Below, one piece after another: positions 26,536 through 35,404 of a stretch of DNA of 53,524 bases. Where the stretch lies: assembly GCA_963588415.1 (NCBI GenBank), contig CAVAHB010000061.1, positions 1 through 53,524 on the forward strand, read 5' to 3'. Source of the stretch: Faecalibacterium sp. CAG:74. Lineage in GTDB: Bacteria > Verrucomicrobiota > Kiritimatiellia > RFP12 > UBA1067. A model generated the notes under the pieces. That model was not told the DNA's origin. It worked only from the letters and a program-made list of their open reading frames with translations, and did no database searches. Numbering within the stretch: position 1 is the first letter of the stretch; each line of letters begins with the position of its first letter. The position numbers were made by a program, and so were the translations under genes.

Positions 26536-27525
26536 ATGACGGCAAACGACCAGATTCAGCGGGCGCGGCAAGTCTTCGACATTGAAATCGAAGGGCTTCG
26601 GCGGACGCGAGACTCCATCGGGAAAAGTTTCACCGATGCGGTCGAACTGATGCTGAATGTCGTTTCAAATGACGGTATCGTCGTCGTTTCTGGCGTTGGC
26701 AAGAATCTTCACGTCGCCGAAAAGATGAGCGCGATTTTCGCCTCGACGGGTACGCGCTCGATTGTCCTGAATCCCGTGCAGGCGATGCATGGCGATCTCG
26801 GCATGGTTTCGGCGCGTGACGTGCTGCTGGCCCTTTCGTTCAGCGGCGAATCGGACGAAGTCATTCGCCTGATTCCAGCGATTCGACGGCACGGTCTGAA
26901 GGTCGTTTCCATGACGGGCAATTCCAACTCGACGCTGGCGCAGATGAGCGATGTGCACATTGAGATTCCGTGCGGACGCGAGGCTTGTCCGTTCGGCATG
27001 GCCCCAACGAATTCGACGACGGCGACGATGGCGATGGGCGACGCTTTGGCGATGGTGATGATTGATGCGCAGAAGTTCCCGATTGAGAATTATGCGATGA
27101 ATCATCCGGCAGGCGCGATTGGTCGTGCGCTCGTCATGAAGGTGACGGACGTGATGCGCACGGGCGAACGGTTGGCGCGTGTTGCGCCGACGGCGACGGT
27201 GATGGAGACCCTGCTGGCCATGACGAAGGCCCAGTCCGGTTCGGCCGTCGTTTCGGATGCGGATGGCCTTCTGCTCGGTATCTTTACGGACGGTGACTTC
27301 CGGCGGATTATGGCGCAGGCGGCGGATCGTTCGGGTGTTCTCGGCGACCGAATTGAGACGCACATGACGCACGAGCCGCTGTTCGTCCGCGACGATGTCT
27401 ACGCGGCTGAGTTACTGAAGGTCTTCGAGCGGAAACGGATTGACGACCTTCCCGTGTGCGATTCGCTCGGCCATGTCGTCGGTCTTGTCGATATTCAGGA
27501 TTTGCCCAAAATGAAGGTTCTCTAA
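26536..27525 (+). CDS. kpsF: KpsF/GutQ-family arabinose-5-phosphate isomerase (SIS domain plus tandem CBS domains).
   Basis: SIS motif VVVSGVGKNLHVAEKMSAIFASTG. The C-terminal CBS pair includes DLPVCDSLGHVVGLVDIQDL. ATG at 26536. Confidence 0.88.
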   Translation: MTANDQIQRARQVFDIEIEGLRRTRDSIGKSFTDAVELMLNVVSNDGIVVVSGVGKNLHVAEKMSAIFASTGTRSIVLNPVQAMHGDLGMVSARDVLLALSFSGESDEVIRLIPAIRRHGLKVVSMTGNSNSTLAQMSDVHIEIPCGREACPFGMAPTNSTTATMAMGDALAMVMIDAQKFPIENYAMNHPAGAIGRALVMKVTDVMRTGERLARVAPTATVMETLLAMTKAQSGSAVVSDADGLLLGIFTDGDFRRIMAQAADRSGVLGDRIETHMTHEPLFVRDDVYAAELLKVFERKRIDDLPVCDSLGHVVGLVDIQDLPKMKVL

Positions 27526-27544
27526 TAAAGAAAGGAACGAAAGC

Positions 27545-28270
27545 ATGAACGCGAAACAGATGATTCTCCTGACAACAGTTCTCTCGGTTGCCGCCGTGGT
27601 GGTTGCCGCGCCGACGCGGAAGTCTGCGCGTAATGCGAAGGCGGACGCTTCGGAAGAGGCGGCACCCGTTTCGGGCGTCGATGCGAAGATTACGATCGAC
27701 CAGTTCCCGAAGACGGGACGGGCCTCAACGCTGATGGCTCCGTCCCTGTCGGGAGCTTCCATCATCGGCCAGTGCTATACGAAGCCGCGCAAGTGGATTG
27801 TGCTCGAGTCGAAGTACACGACGTATGCCCGCTGGCAGGATCAACTGACCTTTACCTGGCATGTGCTGCTTGAGACGAAGAGCGCGACGGAGAAGGACAA
27901 GACGGATAAACTCCCCCCCTACTCCTATTTTTCCACGTCCGTCACCTACGCGAACATTCCGAAGGGGTCGCATGCGGCGAGCGTCTGTCTGCATCCCTCC
28001 TACCTTGAGCGGTATGGCGAGCCGAAGGCAATCGGTCTTGTGATTGCGAACAAGGAAGGCACGGTTCTGGCCGGCGACTGCGAGAGTGAAATCAAGGGCA
28101 TCCCGACCCACCCGAAGACGCTTGAGCAGGCCTTCTGGAACAACAACGACATTATGAACGCCACGCAGAACGGCGAGCCGATGATCGAGCGCCGTCAGGG
28201 TCTGCAGGATCGCGCGAAGACGATTTGGTCGATGGTGAATCCGAATGACTACGAAATGGTGGTGCAGTAA
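27545..28270 (+). CDS. Secreted protein (241 aa). This is the first gene of the pilus-like module and is Amuc_1102-like by position and size.
   Basis: Signal peptide MNAKQMILLTTVLSVAAVVVAAP. Its stop overlaps the next start (TAATG at 28268-28272). I could not verify sequence-level homology by eye. Confidence 0.6.
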   Translation: MNAKQMILLTTVLSVAAVVVAAPTRKSARNAKADASEEAAPVSGVDAKITIDQFPKTGRASTLMAPSLSGASIIGQCYTKPRKWIVLESKYTTYARWQDQLTFTWHVLLETKSATEKDKTDKLPPYSYFSTSVTYANIPKGSHAASVCLHPSYLERYGEPKAIGLVIANKEGTVLAGDCESEIKGIPTHPKTLEQAFWNNNDIMNATQNGEPMIERRQGLQDRAKTIWSMVNPNDYEMVVQ

Positions 28271-29880
28271 TGGCTAAGAAGTTTCTGGCACTTGACATCG
28301 GGGCGGCGAACGTCGCCCTCGCCGAGTATGAGGCGGGGTCCGGAGGGGGCTCGACGCTTGTCCGCTACGGCCTTGCGCCGCTGGCGGCCTCGCTTGATTC
28401 GGGTGATGCGCAGACGATTCTCGTTCCGGCCCTGATGGAATGTGTGCGTACGTCTGGCATCCGGCCAGGCCCCGTGGCGATTTCCGTCTCGGGGCAGATG
28501 GCGTTTTACCGTTTTGCCGCGATTCCGCGCGGCGGCAGCGAGGAGAAGTTCGAGCAACTGGTTCGCTACGAAATTGAGCAGAACGTCCCGTTCCCAATCG
28601 ATGAGATGGTGAGCGACCGTCAGGTGCTCGGCGAGACGGAAAGCGGCGACAAGTCCGTGATGATTGTCTCGGCCAAGATTGACCAGATTGAGGCGATTAC
28701 GACGGCTGTTGCGTCCGCCGGCTTCCGTCCCGAACTTGTGGACGTTGCACCGATTGCCCTCACGAATGCGCTGAAGTTCGTCAAGCCGAACGATTCCTCC
28801 TGCGTCGTTTTGCTGGATATTGGGGCGAAGACGACGTCGCTTGTCATCGTCGAGGGCGACAAGGTCTACAATCGGTCGATTCCGATTGCGGGCAACAACA
28901 TCACGCGTGAAATTGCGCAGACCCTTGGCTGTTCCCACGAGGAGGCCGAAGCCATCAAGCGCGAACGGGCGTATGTGGCCGCCGGCGGAGTGGCGGAGGA
29001 CGAGGACCCGACGCTCGACCGCGTGTCGAAAGTTTGCCGCGCCGTTATGACGCGCCTTCAGGCCGAGATCTCACGCAGCATCAACTTCTACCGCTCGCAG
29101 CAGGGCGGTTCCGCCCCAGTTCGCCTCTACCTGACGGGCGGCACGGCGCTTCTGCCGCGCCTTGACGAGTTCTTTGCGGAGAATCTGCGCCTTGAGGTTG
29201 AGTTCTTCAATCCGTTTGAGGCGATGGGTGTGGCCGCTTCGATTGATGCCGATGCATTTGGTTCTGATGGTGCGCTTCTCGCCGCGACGGCTGGCGTTGC
29301 GCTTCACCTTTCTGGCGCGGCGCATTTCGCCATCAACCTCCTTCCGCCGTCGATTGTCGCCGAACGGGCCGAGAAGGCGAAGATTCCCGTTGTTGCCGGC
29401 GCGGGTGTCGTGCTGCTCATTGCCCTGATCCTGGGTTACTTGGGCGTAAGCCACGCATTGGTCGTGTCGGCGGAGGTCGTCGACCGGGTCAATGCGAAGG
29501 CAGAGTCGCTCAGCTCGTATGACAAGAAGGTCAAGGCCGTCACGGCGGAAATCGAGAAGTCGTCCGCAGAGGCGGAGAACTTCCGGAAACTGTTGGCGGC
29601 CCGTTCGTCCGTTGCGCTTCGTCTGAACGCGGTTGGCGCGGCGCTTGCGCAGGGAATGTGGATTGAGAAGTGGGAGCCTGGACGCATCACCATCCGCGGT
29701 TGGAAGGATTGTCTGCAGAGGTTCGAGAAACAGGGCGGCGATCAGGCCATCGCCTCCGAACTCGTCGCCAACCGCCTGAAAAACTCCGCAATTGTCGATC
29801 CGCAGAGCGTCAAGATCTCGGGCATGAAGACGATTGGCGAAAGTATTGAACAATTCACAGTGGAGTTGAAGTTCAAATGA
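28270..29880 (+). CDS. PilM-like actin-fold ATPase fused to a transmembrane, PilN/PilO-like C-terminal region (Amuc_1101-like).
   Basis: LALDIGAANVALAEY and VLLDIGAKTTSLVIVEGDKVYNRSIPIAGNNITREIA match PilM/FtsA-type phosphate motifs. A TM helix (IPVVAGAGVVLLIALILGYLGV) is followed by a coiled-coil tail. Confidence 0.85.
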   Translation: MAKKFLALDIGAANVALAEYEAGSGGGSTLVRYGLAPLAASLDSGDAQTILVPALMECVRTSGIRPGPVAISVSGQMAFYRFAAIPRGGSEEKFEQLVRYEIEQNVPFPIDEMVSDRQVLGETESGDKSVMIVSAKIDQIEAITTAVASAGFRPELVDVAPIALTNALKFVKPNDSSCVVLLDIGAKTTSLVIVEGDKVYNRSIPIAGNNITREIAQTLGCSHEEAEAIKRERAYVAAGGVAEDEDPTLDRVSKVCRAVMTRLQAEISRSINFYRSQQGGSAPVRLYLTGGTALLPRLDEFFAENLRLEVEFFNPFEAMGVAASIDADAFGSDGALLAATAGVALHLSGAAHFAINLLPPSIVAERAEKAKIPVVAGAGVVLLIALILGYLGVSHALVVSAEVVDRVNAKAESLSSYDKKVKAVTAEIEKSSAEAENFRKLLAARSSVALRLNAVGAALAQGMWIEKWEPGRITIRGWKDCLQRFEKQGGDQAIASELVANRLKNSAIVDPQSVKISGMKTIGESIEQFTVELKFK

Positions 29881-30884
29881 GCAAACCGAAGATTGTCCTG
29901 GCCGCCGTCGGCGGAGCGATTGTGCTGGTATCACTGGTGCTCGGCGTCTTGATTTGGAGAGTGGTGTCGGCACGGTCGGAGAATGTCGCTGACCTGAATG
30001 CGAAGACTTCCTCCGCCAACACCCTTATGGCGAAGTCGGTCTATCCCGGGCCAAAGGGTGTGAAGGCTCTGGAGTCGAATCGTGCGGAATATACGTCGTG
30101 GAATGCTTCCGCACGCGAACTCGCCGCGCAGGGCGATTGCTCGTTTGAAAAGACGACCGCGCCCGCGTTCAAGGCCTTCCTCGTCGAGGAAGCCCATCGT
30201 CTGGCCGAATTGCCGGGCGGTGTCGAAGGCCGGCTCGTCAAGCCGGGTTTCGCCTTCGGCTTCAGTTCGTACATCACCGAGGATAAGATTCCTGAAGAGG
30301 CCGACCTTGCGAACCTCCAGCGCGAATGGTTCGACATCTCAACGGTAATCAAGGCCCTCGCCGTGACGGGTGTCGTTGAAATTGCGGAAGTTACACGACA
30401 GACGAAGGTCGCCGCCCCGGCGGAGCCGGATGCGAATGCTTCGCGCAAGGCGAAGAAACGGCGGAATGCGAAAGCCGAGGCGGAGGCCGCCGCGAAGGCC
30501 CCGCTCGTTTCGGCCTTCACCGTCGTCTTCCGTGCGAAACCGCAGGGGCTCGTCAACGCCGTCAACGCCATCGTTTCCTCGCGCCGCTTCATCGTGGTGG
30601 ACGAGATGAGTTTCACCCGCGAAGAGGATTCGCTTGCGGATTTGCTGAGCGGGGATACGAAGAAGGAAAATGCGCCTTCGCGCCGCTCGTCGCGCCGCAG
30701 AAACAGGGGCGGCGAAGCGGCGGATGAAGAAGCCACGCAGCCGAAGGGGCTCGTTCCGGGCGGCCTTGTGACGGATCCGGCGTACGCCCCGCTCCTGAAG
30801 GTGTCGATGACATTCTCCGTCTACGATTTCCGTACGCGGCAAAACGAGAATCCGAATGAGAATGAGCAGGGGGAGGGAAAATGA
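29877..30884 (+). CDS. Amuc_1100-family pilus-like membrane protein.
   Basis: N-terminal TM helix (IVLAAVGGAIVLVSLVLGVLIW). Collinear similarity to remembered A. muciniphila Amuc_1100 segments: TAPAFKAFLVEE versus TPTAFQNELKTF, LVNAVNAIVSSRRFIVVDEMSFTRE versus LKAMNAITGMQDYLFTVNSIRIRNE, and LLKVSMTFSVYDF versus VFVQVSLNLVHF. ATGA overlaps are present at both ends. Confidence 0.75.
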   Translation: MSKPKIVLAAVGGAIVLVSLVLGVLIWRVVSARSENVADLNAKTSSANTLMAKSVYPGPKGVKALESNRAEYTSWNASARELAAQGDCSFEKTTAPAFKAFLVEEAHRLAELPGGVEGRLVKPGFAFGFSSYITEDKIPEEADLANLQREWFDISTVIKALAVTGVVEIAEVTRQTKVAAPAEPDANASRKAKKRRNAKAEAEAAAKAPLVSAFTVVFRAKPQGLVNAVNAIVSSRRFIVVDEMSFTREEDSLADLLSGDTKKENAPSRRSSRRRNRGGEAADEEATQPKGLVPGGLVTDPAYAPLLKVSMTFSVYDFRTRQNENPNENEQGEGK

Positions 30885-31978
30885 TGTCAAGGAATGGTAA
30901 TTTCTTCGCCGCTCACTATGAGTGGCTGGCCGTCGGCGTTGCGGTTCTTGCGCTCGTTGCGTCCGTCGTCTATTTCGCAAGCGAACTCGGTGTCGATCCG
31001 GATGCGGCGGCGGCGGATGCCGTCCGCCAACTGGATGCCAGGGATCGTGACGGAAAGGGCGTGACGCCCGTCGATCTGCGGGAGTATAACATCGCGGCGG
31101 GATTCGTCCGCTCCTCCAACAATGCACTGGTCAGAGAAATAAAGGGGGCGGAGGCAAGTTTTCTCGCGTCGGAAAAGCGCATTGCCTGCCGCTTCTGCAC
31201 CAAGCCGATCCCGTTCGGCTCGAAGACCTGTTGGGCGTGCGGGAAAGCCCAGCCCGTGGAGAAGGTCGTCGCACTGGATTCGGATGGCGACGGAATGCCG
31301 GACGAATGGGAAAAGCGCTACGGACTGAATCCCGACGATGCGGGCGATGCGAACCTCGACAAGGATGGCGACGGCTTCACCAACCTTGAGGAATATCTGG
31401 CGGGCACGGATCCGACGGATGCGAAGTCCCACCCCGACTATCTGGATTCGCTGAAGATTGACTTGCCGCTGAAGGAGACGTTCCTGCCGTTCTACTTCCG
31501 CAATGCGACGAAGACGCCGGCCGGCATGCGTCTCGAGTTCTTCGACCCGAAGCGGAAGAGCGATTATGGCACATCTGGCTACCGCTATTCGGTGCTGGAA
31601 GGCGCGGACATTGGTGATACTGGCTTCGTCGCGAAGAAATACGAGCACAAGACCGCGAAGCAGAAAATCAGCGGCGGCGGCGCCGGTATGGAAAAGTCCG
31701 TGGATATCTCGGTCGTTCGGATCGTGCGCAAGTCGGATAAGAAGGAGATCGTCCTTCAGAAGGACGTGATGCGCAAGCCGGTGGATGTTCAGGCGAAACT
31801 CGTCTTCACCCGCAACACGCGGGTTGAGGAGTTCATGGTCGTGCCCGGCGACACAATTTCCCTTTATGGCGAGAAATACGTCGTCAGGGCGATTGTTGGC
31901 AAGGGGAAGGGTGCGTCCGTCACGCTTGAACAGGTCGAGAGCGGCAAGACGCGCAAACTTGAAGCACTTGAACCGTAA
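30881..31978 (+). CDS. Membrane-anchored pilus-assembly-associated protein with a zinc ribbon and two TSP3-like repeats (Amuc_1099-like by position).
   Basis: TM helix WLAVGVAVLALVASVVYF. Zn-ribbon-like CRFCTKPIPFGSKTCWAC. DSDGDGMPDEWEKRYGLNPDDAGDANLDKDGDGFTNLEEYLAGTDPTD at nt 31277-31422. Confidence 0.65.
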   Translation: MMSRNGNFFAAHYEWLAVGVAVLALVASVVYFASELGVDPDAAAADAVRQLDARDRDGKGVTPVDLREYNIAAGFVRSSNNALVREIKGAEASFLASEKRIACRFCTKPIPFGSKTCWACGKAQPVEKVVALDSDGDGMPDEWEKRYGLNPDDAGDANLDKDGDGFTNLEEYLAGTDPTDAKSHPDYLDSLKIDLPLKETFLPFYFRNATKTPAGMRLEFFDPKRKSDYGTSGYRYSVLEGADIGDTGFVAKKYEHKTAKQKISGGGAGMEKSVDISVVRIVRKSDKKEIVLQKDVMRKPVDVQAKLVFTRNTRVEEFMVVPGDTISLYGEKYVVRAIVGKGKGASVTLEQVESGKTRKLEALEP

Positions 31979-31996
31979 GCGGAATTAGGTTATAAT
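31968..31996 (+). promoter_or_regulatory. Putative internal sigma70-type promoter for the secretin gene (TTGAAC, 17-bp spacer, TATAAT).
   Basis: TTGAAC at 31968-31973, exactly 17 bp of spacer, TATAAT at 31991-31996. SD-like GAAGGA lies about 12 nt before ATG 32030. Confidence 0.55.
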
Positions 31997-32029
31997 ACAC
32001 AACTGAAAACTGAAGGAATAGGTTTTGAT

Positions 32030-35000
32030 ATGACGAACTTGAAAACTTTGACAGCAATCGGTGCGACCGTGGCCCTCGTGGCCGTCGGTTCGTCTGCGTT
32101 CGCGCAAGATGATCTTGACGATCTTCTGAAGGATCTTGAAAGCGACGTGGCGGCCGAACAGGCCGAAGCCCCGAAGCCCGCAGTTGCGGCGCCCGCCGCG
32201 CCGGAAGCACCCGCGCCGGCGGTCGAACCCGCCGCGCCCGAACCTGCGGCGGAGCCGAAGGCCGAGGATCCGGCCGCTGCTCCGGCCGAAGAGCCGAAGG
32301 CTGAGGGTGCGTCTGCCGCCGAAGAGCCGGTGGCCGAGGAGACCGCCGCCGAAACGGAAGCACCAGCCGCCGAATCGGTTCAGGAGCAGCCGAAGCCCGA
32401 AGCCCCGAAGGCCGAGACGCCGGCCGAAGAGTCGAAGGATGCCGAACTGCTGGCGGATATCCGTGCGATGGAGCAGATTCGCCGCAAGGCATTCGATTCC
32501 CAGGCGCGCCGCGAAGTCGCTGAAGCGCGTCAGTGTATGGAAGCGAAGGAATATGTGGATGCCGAGAAGCACTACCGTCTGGCGTATCGCCTTTTGAACG
32601 ATCGTCCGAGTTCGGCGAAATTTCGCCGCGAATGCGAACAGGGAATGGCCGAGGCCCTCTACCGTGCGGCGCTTCTGGAGGAGCAGACGGGGCGCCGTAC
32701 CCGTGCGATTGAATTGATTGAACAGGCAATCGACATGCGCCACCCGAAGGCCCGTCGCCAGCTCGAGGCCTGGTTGAAGGAAGGCGACCCCTCGGCGCAG
32801 AAGACGGATGTTTCGGAAATCATGCACCGCCGCAACGAGGAGGAGTACAAGGCTGCCCGCGTTAAGATTCGCAATCACCTGCGCCGTGCGAAACAGTTGC
32901 TGTCCACCCGCGAGATTGATCGGGCTCTTGACGAGTGCGAGCTCGTCCTCGTGAGCGACCCGTACAATCAGGAGGCGATTCGTCTACGCAATGCGATTCA
33001 GAAGAAGCGCCAGACGATTCTGAAGCAGGAGTTCGACTCGACTCGCGACGGTTACATCGCAGATGTCACGAAGGCCTGGCGACCCGTCTACGCTCCCAAT
33101 GCGCGGCAGATTGAGAATGCGGCCGGAACGACCGTCAAGAAGAGTCTTGGCGACGACCCCGAACGTTCGCTTGAGCAGAGCATCATCCAGCGGATGCGCG
33201 AAATGCGTCTGCCGACGATTTCCTTCAAGCCGCCGGCGACGATCATTGACGCGGTCGAATACTTCCGCGGCGCGTCGAAGGACTTCGACCGTCCCGACCT
33301 CCCCCTTGACCAGCGCGGCTTCAACTTCGTTCTGAAAACTCCAGAAACGCTGCGCACGAAAGCCGCCGAAACCACGACGGACGATTCGGGCTTCGGCTCC
33401 GACGCCGAGGAAGATTCTCAGTCCGGCCAGTCGGGCATCCCCGTGATCCCGATGATTACCGCGAGCAACATCACCTTCTACGATGCGTTGAAACTCGTTT
33501 GCGAATCGGTGGACTACAAGTTCAAGGTGCAGGGACCGATCGTTATGGTCATGCAGAAGAACATGTCCACGGACGAGATGGTCACGCGCAGTTATCCCGT
33601 CGTCGCGGCCTTCCTTGAGCGTATCGGCAGCGCGACTTCCGACATCAAGGAACTGAAGACGACGAGCAGTTTCGGCAGCAACAACTCCTCTCGTCGCGAC
33701 GAGGGCGAGGAGAATCAGGAACGCGACTGGAAGGAGTTCTTCTCCTTGATGGGCGTTCAGTGGCCGGAGGGCAGTTCGATTCTCTACATCAAGACCTTGG
33801 GCAAACTCCGCGTCAAGAACACCTACGAGAACCTTGCCGAACTCGAGAAGGCCCTGACCGAACTCAACGTTGACCAGAAGCTCATTGAGATTGAGGCCCG
33901 CTTCGTCGAGGTCTGTCAGGAGGATTTGAACTCTCTTGGTTTCGAGTGGATTCTCAACAGCGACTACAGCCTCAACACCGGCAGTCTCGGCAAATGGCTC
34001 GGCGTAAAGGACGGCGCGTGGGGAACGAGCAGCGGCTCGACCACCTATTCGTCCGAGACGGCCCCGGTGACGGGGACGACGGGCGGCACGACGACGAAGA
34101 CACTTGATTCGATTGTCTCGAAGAGCGAATCGACCTACTATTCGCGCAGCCAGAATGCAGATTGGACGCGCGGACGGGGCTCGACGAAGAGCAACATCGG
34201 CATCAACGCCTTTGGCGGCACTTCGTCGGATTACGGCAACGGCAACCGCTATCTCTCGACGGTCGGCAACCACATTTCGGGAAGCGAGAACTCCACGAAC
34301 GATCAGTTCATGCGGATGAACGCCTTCCTCGGCAGCGCGGATCTTTCGATGATTCTCCACATGCTCTCCCAGCGGAGCGATACCGACCTTCTCTCCGCGC
34401 CGAAGGTGCTCACGCGCCCGGGCGAAGAGGCCGTCATCAAGGTCGTCACCGAATACATCTACCCGACTGACTACGACGTGCAGTTGCAGTCCAGTTCCTC
34501 TTCGAGTTCGGGCAACAGCAGCGGCGGGCAGAGCGCGATTCTCGCCGTCGTCGAGCCGCAAAGTTTCGTCACTCGTGAAGTCGGTGTCATTCTTGACGTC
34601 ACCCCGACGCTGACGGACGACGGCAACCTGATCGACCTCAAGCTCAACACGCAGGTTGTCGATGAGCCGACGTGGAAGAACTACGGTATGCGCATCCCGT
34701 TCACAGGCAACAGTTCGATGCAGAGTTTCGAGGGCATTGGCGACATCTTCACGGGTCTGAGTGCGGCACTGACGACGATTGGTGCGACACTGACCGATAC
34801 CGCGAAGGCGGCCTTCACGGAACAGTTGATGGATTCTGCGACCTCGGCCATGAGCAACCTGACTGGCAAGGAAAACATCACCTACTACGACGCGCCGATG
34901 GAACAGCCGTTCTTCCATGTACGGTCGGTCGATTCGTCGGTTTCGATCTATCCGGGTGCGACGATTGTGATGGGCGGTCTCATCACCGAGGCGCGCAAGG

Positions 35001-35203
35001 CGATGGACGACAAGATTCCGTTCCTCGGCGACCTTCCCTTCATCGGGCGTCTCTTCCGCAGCCATGCCGAACAGACGACGAAGCGCAATCTGCTGATTTT
35101 CGTCACCACGCGTTTGGTCGATGTCCGCGGGCGTGAAGTCTCGATGGGCGCGAGCGGCGACGAGGCCGCCGCCGAGGTGAAGGAAGCCCCGAAGGCCAAG
35201 TAA
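32030..35203 (+). CDS. Secretin-family outer-membrane channel (PilQ/GspD-like, Amuc_1098-like) with a Pro/Ala/Glu-rich linker and Ser/Thr/Gly-rich inserts.
   Basis: Signal peptide ...VAVGSSAFA. A PAE-rich low-complexity stretch of about 100 aa lies at nt ~32150-32440. The C-terminal secretin signature is IPFLGDLPFIGRLFRS...KRNLLIFVTTRLV. Confidence 0.88.
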   Translation: MTNLKTLTAIGATVALVAVGSSAFAQDDLDDLLKDLESDVAAEQAEAPKPAVAAPAAPEAPAPAVEPAAPEPAAEPKAEDPAAAPAEEPKAEGASAAEEPVAEETAAETEAPAAESVQEQPKPEAPKAETPAEESKDAELLADIRAMEQIRRKAFDSQARREVAEARQCMEAKEYVDAEKHYRLAYRLLNDRPSSAKFRRECEQGMAEALYRAALLEEQTGRRTRAIELIEQAIDMRHPKARRQLEAWLKEGDPSAQKTDVSEIMHRRNEEEYKAARVKIRNHLRRAKQLLSTREIDRALDECELVLVSDPYNQEAIRLRNAIQKKRQTILKQEFDSTRDGYIADVTKAWRPVYAPNARQIENAAGTTVKKSLGDDPERSLEQSIIQRMREMRLPTISFKPPATIIDAVEYFRGASKDFDRPDLPLDQRGFNFVLKTPETLRTKAAETTTDDSGFGSDAEEDSQSGQSGIPVIPMITASNITFYDALKLVCESVDYKFKVQGPIVMVMQKNMSTDEMVTRSYPVVAAFLERIGSATSDIKELKTTSSFGSNNSSRRDEGEENQERDWKEFFSLMGVQWPEGSSILYIKTLGKLRVKNTYENLAELEKALTELNVDQKLIEIEARFVEVCQEDLNSLGFEWILNSDYSLNTGSLGKWLGVKDGAWGTSSGSTTYSSETAPVTGTTGGTTTKTLDSIVSKSESTYYSRSQNADWTRGRGSTKSNIGINAFGGTSSDYGNGNRYLSTVGNHISGSENSTNDQFMRMNAFLGSADLSMILHMLSQRSDTDLLSAPKVLTRPGEEAVIKVVTEYIYPTDYDVQLQSSSSSSSGNSSGGQSAILAVVEPQSFVTREVGVILDVTPTLTDDGNLIDLKLNTQVVDEPTWKNYGMRIPFTGNSSMQSFEGIGDIFTGLSAALTTIGATLTDTAKAAFTEQLMDSATSAMSNLTGKENITYYDAPMEQPFFHVRSVDSSVSIYPGATIVMGGLITEARKAMDDKIPFLGDLPFIGRLFRSHAEQTTKRNLLIFVTTRLVDVRGREVSMGASGDEAAAEVKEAPKAK

Positions 35204-35242
35204 TCCCCTGATATGGCGTCAATTTGAATTATTCTCTCCCCC

Positions 35243-35298
35243 GGGGACTGGCTCTTGCTTTTATGAGCTTTTTGCAAGGGCAGTCCCCTTTTTCTTTC
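35243..35298 (+). terminator. Rho-independent terminator after the secretin gene.
   Basis: GGGGACTGGCTCTTGC (35243-35258) pairs with GCAAGGGCAGTCCCC (35274-35288), with one internal mismatch/bulge. It is followed by TTTTTCTTT. Confidence 0.75.
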
Positions 35299-35386
35299 CA
35301 CAACGCAATTTTGCCGCATTCGTTTATCGCGTACATCCTCGCAGTCCGCGAGTGGCGAATTTCGCGGTGACGGTTTGGGCGGGCTA

Positions 35387-35395
35387 TGGTATAAT
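35387..35395 (+). promoter_or_regulatory. Extended -10 element TGGTATAAT upstream of the EF-G gene.
   Basis: TGGTATAAT at 35387-35395 ends 9 nt before ATG 35405. No SD is present in between. Confidence 0.55.
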
Positions 35396-35404
35396 ATTTG
35401 CCAA

